Shown in pieces: positions 45,790-58,216 of a stretch of 64,000 nt of DNA; positions within the stretch are counted from its first letter, which is position 1; each line of letters begins with the position of its first letter. This DNA comes from the human T2T-CHM13v2.0 reference genome, Homo sapiens. Position numbers and translations under genes: made by a program. Below the pieces are notes generated by a model. That model ran no database searches, had not been told where the DNA came from, and was given only the letters and a program-made list of their open reading frames with translations. The stretch lies in assembly GCF_009914755.1 (NCBI RefSeq), contig NC_060932.1. One strand, 5' to 3'.

Positions 45790-45950
45790 TTCTATAAAGA
45801 GGACCCGGAAGCTACCCCTGGGATTCCCTTATCTGACCTAACCTGCTCGGAGGACCCAGCCTCGCCTAAGCACGACCCTGCGCGTGCGCACGCAGTAGCA
45901 CAGCCTCGCCCATGACCACTTCCCTGCCCGCTGCAGCGCCCAAAAGGGAA
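45790..45950. promoter_or_regulatory. Small CpG-rich promoter-like element with NRF1 and ETS motifs
   Basis: TGCGCGTGCGCA at 45879-45890 (NRF1 consensus), CCGGAAG at 45805-45811, CACTTCC at 45917-45923; CpG cluster in a CpG-depleted background; minus-strand donor CAG|GTTAGG at 45843. Confidence 0.65.
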
Positions 45951-47264
45951 TGCTTGTGCTCATGAAAAATAAAATCTAAGTTTCAGTGAGGTTGGAATTT
46001 GTTCGGTGCGATTGTTTCAAAAATGTAGAGGAGAAGTTCTCCACAATAGATCTTCCCTGAAGTCATGGTCTCTTCATAATGACATGATGAAAATTAACAT
46101 CTATTGAAAAAAAATGTATCAAGAAAAACATGAGGAATTTGTTTACATCCGAGGTAAGCATAATAAATACAATCATAAAAGCCATTGATGAGAAATGACA
46201 ACAGAGGCCCCTCCCCAGGTCCGCTCTGCCCTGCTAGCGCTCCCGGGGACTGATTGTCCCTCTACCAGCAGTAGAGACTTAGGGTTATTAATGGATGACA
46301 GATAATTTCATTGGCTTTCTGCTTACTGAAACCTCTAATCTGATTTTAACTCTGAATTTAAAAATAAAGAAGTAAGACTCCTTAGTTCCCCCAACTTCTC
46401 CTCATCCTGTCAAAATCCTCTGGCTTTTGGAGGAAATTCACTATCCTGTGCTTTTAGAAGGTACATTTAAATTTTGAACGCGTGGTATAGCACAAGCACC
46501 CACCAATCACCACAGAGGCTGGCTGTGGAGCCAAGCATCCATCCTTTGGGTCATGGGGAGGGCGCAGGAAAGGTGCCAGGGCTCCAGGGAATAAATAGGC
46601 TGGGGGAAGGGAGGAGTGGAGAGGGAGTTTTTGGATGGCTTGGCATAATGACCACTTTCTCATTGGAAAACAATATTTTAATATTTTAACACCAGTATGG
46701 CTCTACCAGGATGAATCAGTTAAGTATCAAGACTTTGTGAGTTCCTTAAGAGCAGAGACTGTTTTATTTTTCATTAAACATCACAGTTCCTCAAGCCTTT
46801 ATCTGCAATTCTGAAATCTAAAGACTTGAAGAAAACAAAAATTGTCTCTATAACTTCTCTGGCTGCAAAACTGGTTTATTTTGACTTGAGACCATTTATA
46901 AACTTTATTATTCCTAAGTGAATAGTCATGATTTTCACTGCTGACACATTAATGTGTTTGATTATAGGATACTGCTCAGGGTCCCCCCTGGGGGGTATTT
47001 TGTAATAGAAGATGCATGCACTGTTTTACTTTCCTAAAATTTGAAAAAAATTGCATTCAGAAGCACATATGCTCCCAAAGGTTTTGATAAAGGCTTGTGT
47101 ACAGATACTACCCAGCTTGGTGTGTGCTCTGAGGCAGAGTGGGTAGTCAACAAATTCTATGTTGTTTAGTGAAACTGCCTATGTAGGTTTAAATTTTGAT
47201 TGATTAGATGAAATGGCAAAAGGGATGAAAAAAACAGTTTCTGCCCAGATTCAGTTTTGTACAC

Positions 47265-47562
<298 letters not shown>

Positions 47563-47853
47563 TGTACACCTTTTTTAATCTATAACGGAGCCAATACTAT
47601 TCATAGATTTACATTATTCCATTGTTTTCTCCACACATACAAAAAATAATGTTTTCTTATCATTTACAGACAGACCATGTCCAAATATAGGTCCTAAGCA
47701 ACATGCCCATGTGACTAATTCTGCACTTTTATAATCTCTTAAGGTTATATGAGGAGACACACATGGAAAATAGTCATAATCTTATTTATACATTAGTAAT
47801 AAGGTTTAAAGGAAGATCAATGTCAATTTATGAAACAATGTACTTCATTTTGC

Positions 47854-48068
47854 CTGGAAATGTTATCAGTGTTCAAAATTACTCTGATGTCACTTTGTGA
47901 ATAGTCAAATTGGCTTTTATACACTTGAAGTGATTAAAAACATATAAAATGTAGCCCTTAAAAGTATCAGAAATTGTCTCATTGGAATAATGTGAAAGAA
48001 ATATCATTAAAGATAGAAGAGATATGAGAAGTCCCAATATTCTGAAATACAGATTCACATGAATATTT
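47854..48068 (-). pseudogene. Possible decayed exon
   Basis: tcttgcag| acceptor. Frames KYSCESVFQNIGTSHISSIFNDISF / HYSNETISDTFKGYILYVFNHFKCIKANLTIHKVTSE. The donor is only GC-type. Confidence 0.35.
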
Positions 48069-48551
48069 CTGCAAGATGAATTAACATGAACCCACTGGAA
48101 AACCATCAAGTTTTATCAGTAAAGGATTCTCATCAAATCACAATCACACAGCATGGATAGGAAATGTCATAAAGCCCAGAATCATAAAATGATGGGAAAG
48201 GAAAAGGAAGCGAAACCAGATAAACTTGAAGTCTAGGAATAATGAAAGTAGAATGAGGAGGGGAGATGTTCCCTCCAGATGGGATGGCAGTGGATGTGGG
48301 GAAGGGAATGCCACACACACTCAAAAGGCTTGGAAACCCTGGGCAGTGACAGAGCTGAGTGCGGGCCTGAAACACTATCTGGACTGTGTGAAGAATCCAT
48401 TCCGAAGGAAAGACACAGGACGCAGGTAAATCAACTGTAAGATCACTGCAATAAATCAGCTTAGGCATGATGAGACACTGAACCAGAGAAGTGATGGTGA
48501 GGATGCAAAAATATAGTGAGGAGAGACTGGATAATGCACTAAATTTCTTAC

Positions 48552-48804
48552 TTGCCCTTCGACTTAAATCTTAGAATCAAACTAATGAGTTACTAAGCCT
48601 AGGTTGATCAGCTAGAAGTTGATAGATCTTGCCTCTTTCAGCATATTTCTACATTTTTATAAAGAAAGTTTACTTAAGATTAATGAGTACATGCAAGGCA
48701 ATGGTTAGAGAAGTTTTGTGAATGTTTCACGAGGAACTGAAGACATATAGCAGCCTCTGCACAATTGTCATAATCTGATGTATTTTGCCATTGCTTTCTG
48801 TCAC
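48552..48804 (-). pseudogene. Possible decayed exon
   Basis: Polypyrimidine tract + catgaag| acceptor and CAA|GTAAGA donor. Frame VTESNGKIHQIMTIVQRLLYVFSSS*NIHKTSLTIALHVLINLK*...KYAERGKIYQLLADQPRL. Confidence 0.4.
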
Positions 48805-49953
48805 CTTCATGTGAAAAAGCATAAAGGAAAGACATACAGACCTGTCCTTGGTGAGGTCTGACAATGGGCAATGGTAATGTTCCTTTTGTTCAAAGCATAA
48901 TTCTTCTTCATGATAAACTCAGAGAGAATAGAAACTACATTGAGAAGGGGGTAACTACAATTATATGAAGTTCCTTTTTGCTGTGCTTTAACAAATAAAA
49001 GACATCATTTCATAAAAATCACTTGAATTACACCATAATCCAATAGGATATTAAGCATTTCTTTGAGGATAAAATCCTAGGATTATTAATCTATATAAAA
49101 CCAAATTCTTCAGCCTTGAGGAAAGTAGAAGAAATTTCCCAAGGGAATTTCTACTTTTCTGTAACTCTAAAAAAAAAGAACCAATTCAAATTTTTATCAG
49201 TTAACTTTTAAATAAGATAATACATGTGCTTTTAAAAATAAAACACCCCTTCTATTAGGTTTATTTATGTTTTCTGCCTCTTCCAGGAGTTAGTTCTTAG
49301 AGTTTTTCTGACTTGAACAATTTTATAAAGTATCAAGAACTGAATAAAGTAGCCACCCACACATTCACCTTAAAATTCTTCCATTATTTGCAACATATTT
49401 CCTTTATGTTGATATTGAGCAGTGTTGCTCAGTTACACTTTATAGTGAACCTTGCAAATATTATAGCTAAGCTGTTTGCCATTACTGATATGTAAAAATG
49501 AAAACTATTATTTCTTGATGTATATTTTGTCAAAAAAACAAGTTTGCATATTTGATTATTGAGTGAGTGTATTGCATACAGTGGTATGGGAGCTAGCTTG
49601 TTCTGTGACTTTGGGTACTTCTCTATACCTAGGCTTCAATTTCCTCATCAGTAAAATTAAGAATGAGTAAGAATGATCTCTGTAATCTGGATATGCAATA
49701 CATATTCTAAGAAAATGAATTTTTCTGCCATTGTTAAAATATCAATATTTCATATCAACTATATTAAGGAATATTTGTGTATCCATTTGTAACATTTTAT
49801 AATATATTATAGGTGACTAATAAGTATGTTTTCAAGAGTAAAGTATTCTGTTAATTTTTTTGGAGCTTGTCTTCAATAAACTGCCTATGTGCTATTACTG
49901 ATATCCTCCTGGACAAGGACAAATTTAGGAAGAAAACTTAAAAACAAAATACC

Positions 49954-50162
49954 ATGAGAACACATGGACACAGGAAGGGGAACATCCCACACCAGGGCCT
50001 GTTGTGGGGTGGGGGAAGGGGGGAGGGATAGCATTAGGAGATATACCTAATGTTAAATGACGAGTTAATGGGTGCAGCACACCGACATGGCACATGTATA
50101 CATATGTAACAAACCTGCATGTTGTGCATATGTACCCTAAAACTTAAAGTATAATAAAAAAA
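49954..50162 (+). mobile_element. Young L1PA 3'-terminal fragment
   Basis: atgagaacacatggacacaggaaggggaacatc...gtaccctaaaacttaaagtataataaaaaaa. Confidence 0.95.
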
Positions 50163-50511
50163 ATCAAAACAGTAACAGCCTTTACAACTGAATAATCCAG
50201 CAGCACGGATATGGGTATTTCCTAATAAACTAACAGATGATTCTGGAAAAGCAGGTAGATTTTTCTGTTAGGTCTCTTTTAGAGCAATTTCCTCTGAGCC
50301 TTTTGATTCAATGACAAAAATGAGCACTGAAGATTTCCTTGTCAATATTGAATCATGAAGTTCTGACCACTGGGAAACACTTCTAGAGAAGCTTATTCAA
50401 CAAAGAGAGTTGAGCAAAGAACTTAGGAAAAAGGTCTTTATATGTTCTCTAGTTACAGTGCCTTTACTCATTTGGAGGTGGTAGAATTTATATCAGTCAT
50501 TGAAATGACTC

Positions 50512-50778
50512 TTTTTAAAAATTTAATTTAATTTAATTTTACACTCTGGGATACATGTGCAGGATCTTCAGGTTTGTTACATAGGTAAACATATGCCATG
50601 GTGGTTTGCTGCACCTATCAACCCATCACCTAGGAATTAAGCCCCGCATGCATTAACTATTTATCCTGATGCTCTCCCTCCCACCGTGGCCCAGCTTGTG
50701 TTGTTCTCCTCCCTGTGTCCATGTGTTCTCATTGTTCAGCTCCCACTTATAAGAGAGAACATGCAGTGTTTTGTTTTC
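50512..50778 (-). mobile_element. L1PA 3'-terminal fragment (older than its neighbour)
   Basis: ctgggatacatgtgcagg...gtttgttacataggtaaac...cagctcccacttataag; short TSD-like ctctt. Confidence 0.92.
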
Positions 50779-51330
50779 TCTTAATATCTACTCTTAATCC
50801 TTTTACATGAAAGAAACTTGTAAGTTATGAGTGCAGTAAATGAACATATTTACTGCACTGTACTGTTCCAGTTTCAGACGAGATAGTCTTGTCATGCTAT
50901 CAGCTACCGTTTTCCACAAGACACTTGTTTCCCCTTGACATAAGGGTCCCACTTCATGCTTCCTGAAGCATTGCAATCTTTTCAAAACTTAAACATCTTT
51001 GTGAGGTCCCTGAATCTTATACCTTTTTGAGTTTTTTAAGGAATAATATTCTATATTGGTTGTAGAACTGCCTTTCTTCTGTGTTGGTGTCAATTAAATT
51101 GAATTTAATGAGCATCCCCTCTAAATCCAGCATTGTGTTAGGTTTTCTAAAAGACTGAAAAGAAAAAAAAGTGTGAGGCTGAGTCTTGGGCATAGTCCCT
51201 CCTCAGCTTCCTTCCTCTCACCTGAGTTCAAAGATTCCCTCACAGTGTATCTCCTTTCTTGCCCCAACTGTCAAGCCATTTCATGTTTTCAGAAAGAATA
51301 TCAATAATTGAAAAAGGAACCTGACCTCAC

Positions 51331-51874
51331 CATTAAACTGTGCTCCTCAAACATTAGATTCGGTTGTCTGAACACAACGGCTGGGTTTCTGCACACTTCT
51401 CCAAATACATATGTCACTAGTAATCACAGGCCAGGACTTGAGCAGAAGTGATACCATGTGCTTCCATGGTCTTTGAATCAAAACACTCACCACCTCCTTC
51501 CCAGGATGGCTAATTACGCTTAGGTAATTAGACTTCATCTGCCTGGTAAACTACTAAGTACATAAATTGCTTGTCATAAACTTTTCCTTTGCCTTTACCC
51601 CTCTGTGTGGTACAGTTTCTGCCAGAAAAGCTTCTGCCAGATCAGTGCTCCTCTCAGTTTGGATAGTTTTTGCCATTTTTCGAATCCAACATAAGTAACA
51701 TTCCCCCTGATTCCAACCACCAACTTGTTTGACCCATTGAATTGATTTGAGTCAGAGAAACCACTATTTTATATTGCTTCTGAGATTGGAGTTTATCTTT
51801 CCAATGATCCCTGGAATCATACTTTGAATACTACACATTGAGACATCTGATGGTTCTCTATGGGGATTCATAAC
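51331..51874 (-). pseudogene. Decayed exon encoding a C-type lectin-like domain
   Basis: ctaag| ... AATG|GTGAGG. One frame reads DHWKDKLQSQKQYKIVVSLTQINSMGQTSWWLESGGMLLMLDS...N*PSWEGGGECF, then a shifted frame reads DHGSTWYHFCSS...TYV. Compare, from memory, polycystin-1 CTL CYRLVV...GAALAMVDS. Confidence 0.6.
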
Positions 51875-52989
51875 CTTAGAGTTTTCATTTACACGGGAGA
51901 ACAAAAAAATTTTTAAGCAAAGCTGAAACCAAATCCCACCAACCAGAGCTGATTTCTGGGATGGTAGAATGAGAATATGAGTTTCTTATCTTCCAAACAT
52001 TATCTTCCTTTACAAATCAGTTTGCCCACCCAACAAATTTCACCCTTTAATAACATTATTATTCTTCCAGATTTTCAACTTCAAAGTCCTCTTTTTCTTT
52101 TCTTATATTGCATCTACTTACTCTTTAATATCTAATTTTCTCGGCTTGCCATTTTCCACTGCATAATTGTATTATGTGGCTTCCCTCATTTTACATGTCA
52201 CGTATCATCTGATACGTATGTTTTCTGCTTTAATCCATCTTGTATGCCATTACCAGTCTTTATTAAGCATTACTTTAATAATATCAATTTTCTATTCAAA
52301 ATTTTCCAGTGGCTTCATATTTTCATAGATAATTAAGATTAACCTTGTTTTAGATATTGTGATTTTGACCATGAATTCTGTCTTATTTCACACTTATTCA
52401 AAATATACCTTCTTATCCCTGTCAAAGTTGGCTTCTTTGCTATCTCGTGAACATGTTAAAACCATTCCCATTTTTGTCTCCACAAAAGTGGATGGCAAAC
52501 TTAAATTGGATATTAGATCGATTTTAATAAAGGAATATTTTTGTTTATACAAAAGTACGGACAGAAGTAGGGAAACTACCAAAGAGAGTATAATTCCCTA
52601 TGGTTAATATCACTGCAGACTGTTAAAGCAGAGGGGCCAGGAGATTAAGCAGATACTAGGAACTGCAAGAGGAGATTGGTGTTGATAGTATGACCAGGAA
52701 AGTCCTGATGATCGGTGAAAGATCACAGCCAAGCTCAGGCCCACAGGGAGAGTCCAGGAGAATCATTACCCTAAAATCTCCTTTCTCCTTCCTCTGATAT
52801 CACAATAGGGGTATCATTTGGCAAAGCCCATTAAAGACTGATGGTATAGAAACATGTTGAAGACTAAAAAGCCTGTCACCGAGGGGTGTGAAGAAAAGGT
52901 GAGAATGATTTTGTAGTTAAAAAAAAAAAGATATCCAACATACTTATTTAATTTTTCTTGAATTTATTTTATCTTTATATCTTTGCACT

Positions 52990-55900
52990 TCCAACTCATC
53001 TTATTCTTATCTTTGTATTTGCATACAATAAACACACTCTTATTAGTATACAGGTTTATGAGTTTTAACAAGTGCATAGAGTAGTGCAACTACTATCAAA
53101 ATTAAGATACAGAACATATCCATTACCTCCCCAAAATTTCCTCATGCAGTTCTTTGCAGTGACCTCTTCTGTTCCTCTAACCTGGCATCCAGTGCTGTAT
53201 TCTCACTTCAATGGAGTATTCTGTCTTCCAGAACCTCATGTGAATGAAATCATATGACCGCAAAAGGCAGTATATAGCATGTAAGTATGGCTTCTTTCAC
53301 TTATCAAAGTGTATTTGAGATTCATTCATGTTCTTGAGTATATCAATAGTTCATTTGCTTTTGATTGTAAAGAAATATTTTATTCTATGAATGCACCATA
53401 TTTTTAAAAAATCCATTCACCAGTTGAAGGACATATGAGGTATTTCCCATTTGGAGTGATTATGAATAAAGCTGCTATAAACTTTTACATACAGACTTTG
53501 TGGTGTGAAGCTCACCTAAGAGTAAGATTGTTTGGTCATAGAGTAAGTGTTGTTTTACTGTACAAAGTGACTTAACATTTTGCATTCCCTCCTATGAGCA
53601 ATGTGTGAGAGTTTCACTTGCTCCATATCCTCATCCCATGCTTGATATTGTCATTTTGTTTTGTTTTTGCTTTGCTTTGTTTTGCTTCAGCCATTCTAGT
53701 ATCTGTAAAGAGCTATCTCATCGTGATTTACATTTACAATTAGTGACTAATGATGTTCAGCCTGTTTTCACGTGCATGTTTTGCCATCTTCTTTGTATCT
53801 CATCTCTCCATATATCTTCTTTGCACACCCACCTGCTTAAAATTTTGTCCATTTTTTTATTAGATTGCTTTTCTTTTTGTATTGTCAGTTCTTCATATAC
53901 TCTGAGAAAAGGTCCCTTGTCACATGTTATTTACAAATGTTTTCTCCTGGTCTGAAACTTGCCTTTTCATTCTTTTAATAATGACTTTTCAAGATTAAAA
54001 GAGTAAATGTTTACACAAAAAGAACTAATCATTAAAATAAAATATATTTAAAAGAAAAGGCAAGGGACAATATTTTATAATATTATTTAAATACTAAATG
54101 AAATGCACAATTTTCTAGACAGAAAATATAATTCATCAAAATTGGCCTCAGTAGAAGGTTAGAACAACTATCATAGAAGAAATAGGGAAGTGGCAAGCCT
54201 ACTGGTTTTGAGAGGGAATTCTGACAAACTTTTAAAGACTGTATAATCCCAATGTGGCTTAAATTATTTGAAAACATAGTAAAAGAGAAAACAAAATTAA
54301 ATTCCGTTTTAAAATTTGCTTCAAAATAATGCAGGGGGAGCAGGTGTAGGAAGTACAAATCAGACAAAATTGGTCTTGAGTTAAGTAAGAAATATTAAAG
54401 CTACCTGGCTAAGTGTGGTGGCTCGTGCCTTTAATCCCAGTACTTTGGGAGGCTGAAGCAGGCAAATCACCTGAGGTCAGGAGTTCCAGACCAGCCTGGC
54501 CAACAGGGTGAAACTCCATTTCCACTAAAAACAAACAAACAAACAAAAAAAAAAAAAAAAGAAAGAAAAGAGAAACAGAAATATCAAAACCACATGATAG
54601 GAACACAAAGGTTAATTATACTCTTCTCTGTAGTTTATAATGTGTGAAATGTTGCACAGATATAGTTTTTAGTAAATCACACCACAAACACACAAACAAC
54701 ATAAAACATTTATGAATAGAAATGAAAAAATGACACAGCAATAACTTTCATAAATCTATAGGAAATAAAAATTTTAAATAGAATCCCACCATTAATAAGA
54801 GATATGGACAAAATATTACAAGCTAAGACAAGTAATTGAAACAAAAAATTAATAAGTGAGAATAGAATAAATCTCACTGCTTCATTTAAAAAATAATTAA
54901 AACAACATTTTCTGATGATGATACATTAAACTAGAATTATTTTTTAAAGAGGGTGAGAAGCCATTACAACCAGAATTTTAAAACTTCTTTAAGAACATCT
55001 TTGTATTAAAAGGAGTAAACAAATCAAAATTAAAGAATTTCTTTTAGAAATAATCACAACTCTACCAAAAATGTTTTATGGAATACAATTAAAACAATGT
55101 TCAGAGAAAGATTTGTGGTTCTTAATACAAATAGCAATTAAAACTGGGAAGGGGAGATAAATCAACTAAGCATCATTTAATAAAGAAAGAAAATAACAAC
55201 TAAATAAATATAAGGAAAGCAGAAAAACAAAATAATAAGGATAACACCAGAAAACAGTAAATTAGAAAACAGGAAAATTAATATCTTTTTAAAAGTTGGT
55301 TTTTTGATGAAATAAAAAAAAACAAACCCAATAGCTAACAAAACCAAGAAAAAAGGGAAAAAACATAAGCAGAAATACACAAAATTAAAATTATAGAGAA
55401 AATAACTTTTGAAGTTACAAGAATTTTTAAAATTTTCTTAGATGACTTTATACAGTTCTTTGGAAGTCAAGTTGAAAACTTAAATGAGAAAAGTAAATTT
55501 CTAGTTAAAATTTGCCAAAACAATCCTGGGAAGAAGAGTAAGTTTGAATTTCAATACCCATAGAAGAAATAGAGAACAATATGAAAATGCTATACTCCCA
55601 AAAAGGCCCTCATTCAGATGTTTTCATACAGACTGATTTTAAATCTTCAAAGAACAATAATGTTATGCTATTTAAATTATTCCAAGGCTTATAAAATAAG
55701 GAAAACGTTCAAATTAATTTCATAAAAGGGCATTAACATTGATCCTCAAACCTGGCAATGATTGCAGCAATTACAACCACACAAATGACTGACTTACAAA
55801 CTAATCTCTTATAGATACTGATGAAAAGTTATAAACAAATCATTAGCAAATAGAATTCAGCAGTGCATTTGTTAAAAATGCATTACGAGTAAGTTACACT

Positions 55901-57290
55901 TATCCCAGAAGACTAAAGACAAATCAAAATCAATATCTTAATTAACAGGAAACATCTTTCTCAGTTATTAAAACCATGAAAAAGGCAAGAATGACTATAA
56001 TATCCACTACTACTTAATATTATATTGGAGGAATTAGCCAATACTTCAGACAAGATTAATGATTTGAGGCATAAAGATGAAAAAGAAGGAAAAAAATTGT
56101 TTTTATGTTTAGGTTATATGACAGTATACCTTGAAACCAGAGGCAACCATTGAAAAAAATTAACACAAACAAGAGAATCAGTAATTTAGCATGTTACAAA
56201 AGTTAAAATACAAAAATCAATAGCCCCTTTATGACCCAAAATAGCCAAGTTTAAAATATATTGGAAGAGAAAACAACACTTATTATAGAAACAGCAAGAA
56301 CAAATATCCATTAATATTTTTAACAAACAAATGGAAAATGTAAATGAGGAAAAATCTAAAATATCATTGAAAGACTGAGAAAGTAGGTTCTGTCACATGG
56401 AGAGACCTTTTATGATCTTGGATAGAAAAACTCAATTAAAAGATTCCACTACTTCCCATGTTAAGGTATACATTTAATGTAATACCAACACAATCTAACG
56501 TTTTATTTTATTTTCTTCATCTGGAACTACACACAGTAACTTTAAAATTAATATTCCAATAAAAAGGGACTGTCTGGAAAACCCTGAAAAATATGAACAA
56601 TTGAGTTGAAAAGAGTATATATATTTGTGTATATATGTATTTGCATGTACGTAAAAATTTAAAAATAACCAGTATATATAATAACCACATATGATATGTG
56701 TTATATTATAACATATATTAAATTCTATATGTATCAATAGTATGTTATACATTATATTATTTAATATATGCTGAACATTTGTATTTTATGTTTTATATAT
56801 AATATGCATATTACAAAGCCAATAATACTAATAAAACAGAATAAAATACAAAGACTACTAAAATATATATGGAAAACATTTATATAATGAAGATGTAATC
56901 TCAAATATCTGAGAAAAAGATGGAATTTTTAATCATTAGTGTTGGAACACTTAAATGGCAACTTAGTACAAATTTATTTGAAAATGGTATTTCATGCAAC
57001 CCACTTCAATAAATTAAAAATGGAGATCTAAATGTAAAAATTAAAACATGTAAGTATTAGAAAAAATGAGTGAATTATTTTATAACATGAGAGTGGAGAA
57101 TGTTTTTCCAACTAACATTCAAAAATCCAAGTAATGAGAAAAATGATTAAATTAGATAATGTTATTGTTAAATTGCATGGCAAAATAACAAGTGATGGAA
57201 AAAGACAAATGACAAACTGGCAAAAAAATACTTGCAACTAATATCACACATAGATGTGTTGAGTCTCTAATGGAGTCAACAATGTTAAAA
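52990..57290. mobile_element. Old L1M fragments (minus-strand 3' end ~52990-54000; plus-strand ORF2-like ~54000-57290)
   Basis: Antisense 3'UTR text (ttgagattcattcatgtt, ttatgaataaagctgctataaac), then A-rich degenerate ORF2 text (cattagcaaatagaattcagcag, aatacaaaaatcaatagcc). Confidence 0.7.
54407..54575 (+). mobile_element. Alu left monomer with an A-rich tail
   Basis: ggctaagtgtggtggctc...cacctgaggtcaggagttccagaccagcctggccaac, then (AAAC)n/A tract; degenerate TSD agaaatat(t/c)aaa. Confidence 0.88.
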
Positions 57291-57920
57291 ATCAAGGAAA
57301 GACATAGCTTCTAGAAAGGCAATGTGAGAAGTTCCACAGACCTACAGCCTAGCAAGACAACAATAACTGATGAAAATATTAATTTTTAAAAAATTAAAGT
57401 CTTTGCAAATTGTGCTAAGGGCATACAGAAAATACAGAAACTTTTTTTTTTCCAAGAAAATTTACTCCACTTTGTTTAGAGCACAGTCTCTGACACTTGA
57501 CCAGGACCTGCCTGCCCCCTCCCTCCCTAGCCAACTTGCAACAAAATACTCCAGTCCAGATGGGATGGGTGTGGCCACAGGACCAAGTCTAGGACAATGT
57601 TATCTTCCCCAGGAGGATCAGGCTGCCAGGATTTCTTACTGTCCCCCAGCTCCATTTCGTAAAGGCTAAATTTAGGCAGGTGAGTGAACCCAAGTGTTAG
57701 GGCTTTCTTCCTCCATCTGGCCCCACTCATAGGGCAGAGCCTCTATTCTAGTCAGGGCTCCCAAGAATACTGGGTCCTAATCATCTTCATCCTGGGATCC
57801 TCATAACACAGAGGTTCCAAGCTGTGAGAGACAAGCTGGAATGACCTGTGTCTGCTGCCTTCACCCAGCTACTCCTCATCAATCAGCAGTGTCACTCTGA
57901 AAGAAGTGGAACACCAGTCC

Positions 57921-58216
57921 TTTTATTTTATTTTTTTTAATTTTTAATTTTTTTTTTAAATGGAGTTTTGCTCTTGTTGCACAGACTGAAGTGCAGTGGC
58001 GAAAGTACTGGAGGGGTTGGCTTAGCCCTTTCTCTCCTTTCTGTCTTGTGAGGACATAGCATTTATCTCCTCCAGGGGACAAAGCAACAAGTCACCATCT
58101 AGGAAGAAACTGGGCCCTTATCAGACACCACACTTGCCAGCCCCTTGATCTTGGACTTTCCAGCCTCTGGAACTATGAGAAATAAATTTCTGTTCTTCAT
58201 AAATTAAAAAAAAAAA
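57921..58216 (+). mobile_element. Chimeric retroposed insert: antisense Alu tail + MST-type LTR 3' part + poly(A), inside an L1 5'UTR-like region (~57290-58780)
   Basis: Poly(T) + atggagttttgctcttgttgc...gtgcagtggcg, then MST-like ccttgatcttggactttccagcctc...AATAAA (58181) and A11; degenerate 20 bp TSD at 57901 and 58215. Confidence 0.7.

Larger units (their letters stand above)
49810..51009 (-). pseudogene. Decayed coding region with a WSC-like domain, split by two L1 insertions
   Basis: Frame ...LPAFPESSVSLLGNTHIRAAGLFSCKGCYCFD|L1|GILFLSFLPK/ICPCPGG/DISNST*AVY matches the WSC pattern (E-C-x3-C...AGL...CYC...C-x-G...VY). Confidence 0.6.

Noticed and set aside
51543-51598. GT..AG intron inside the second lectin exon
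   Set aside because: Only 56 nt, too short for a typical human intron, and the reading frame runs through it.
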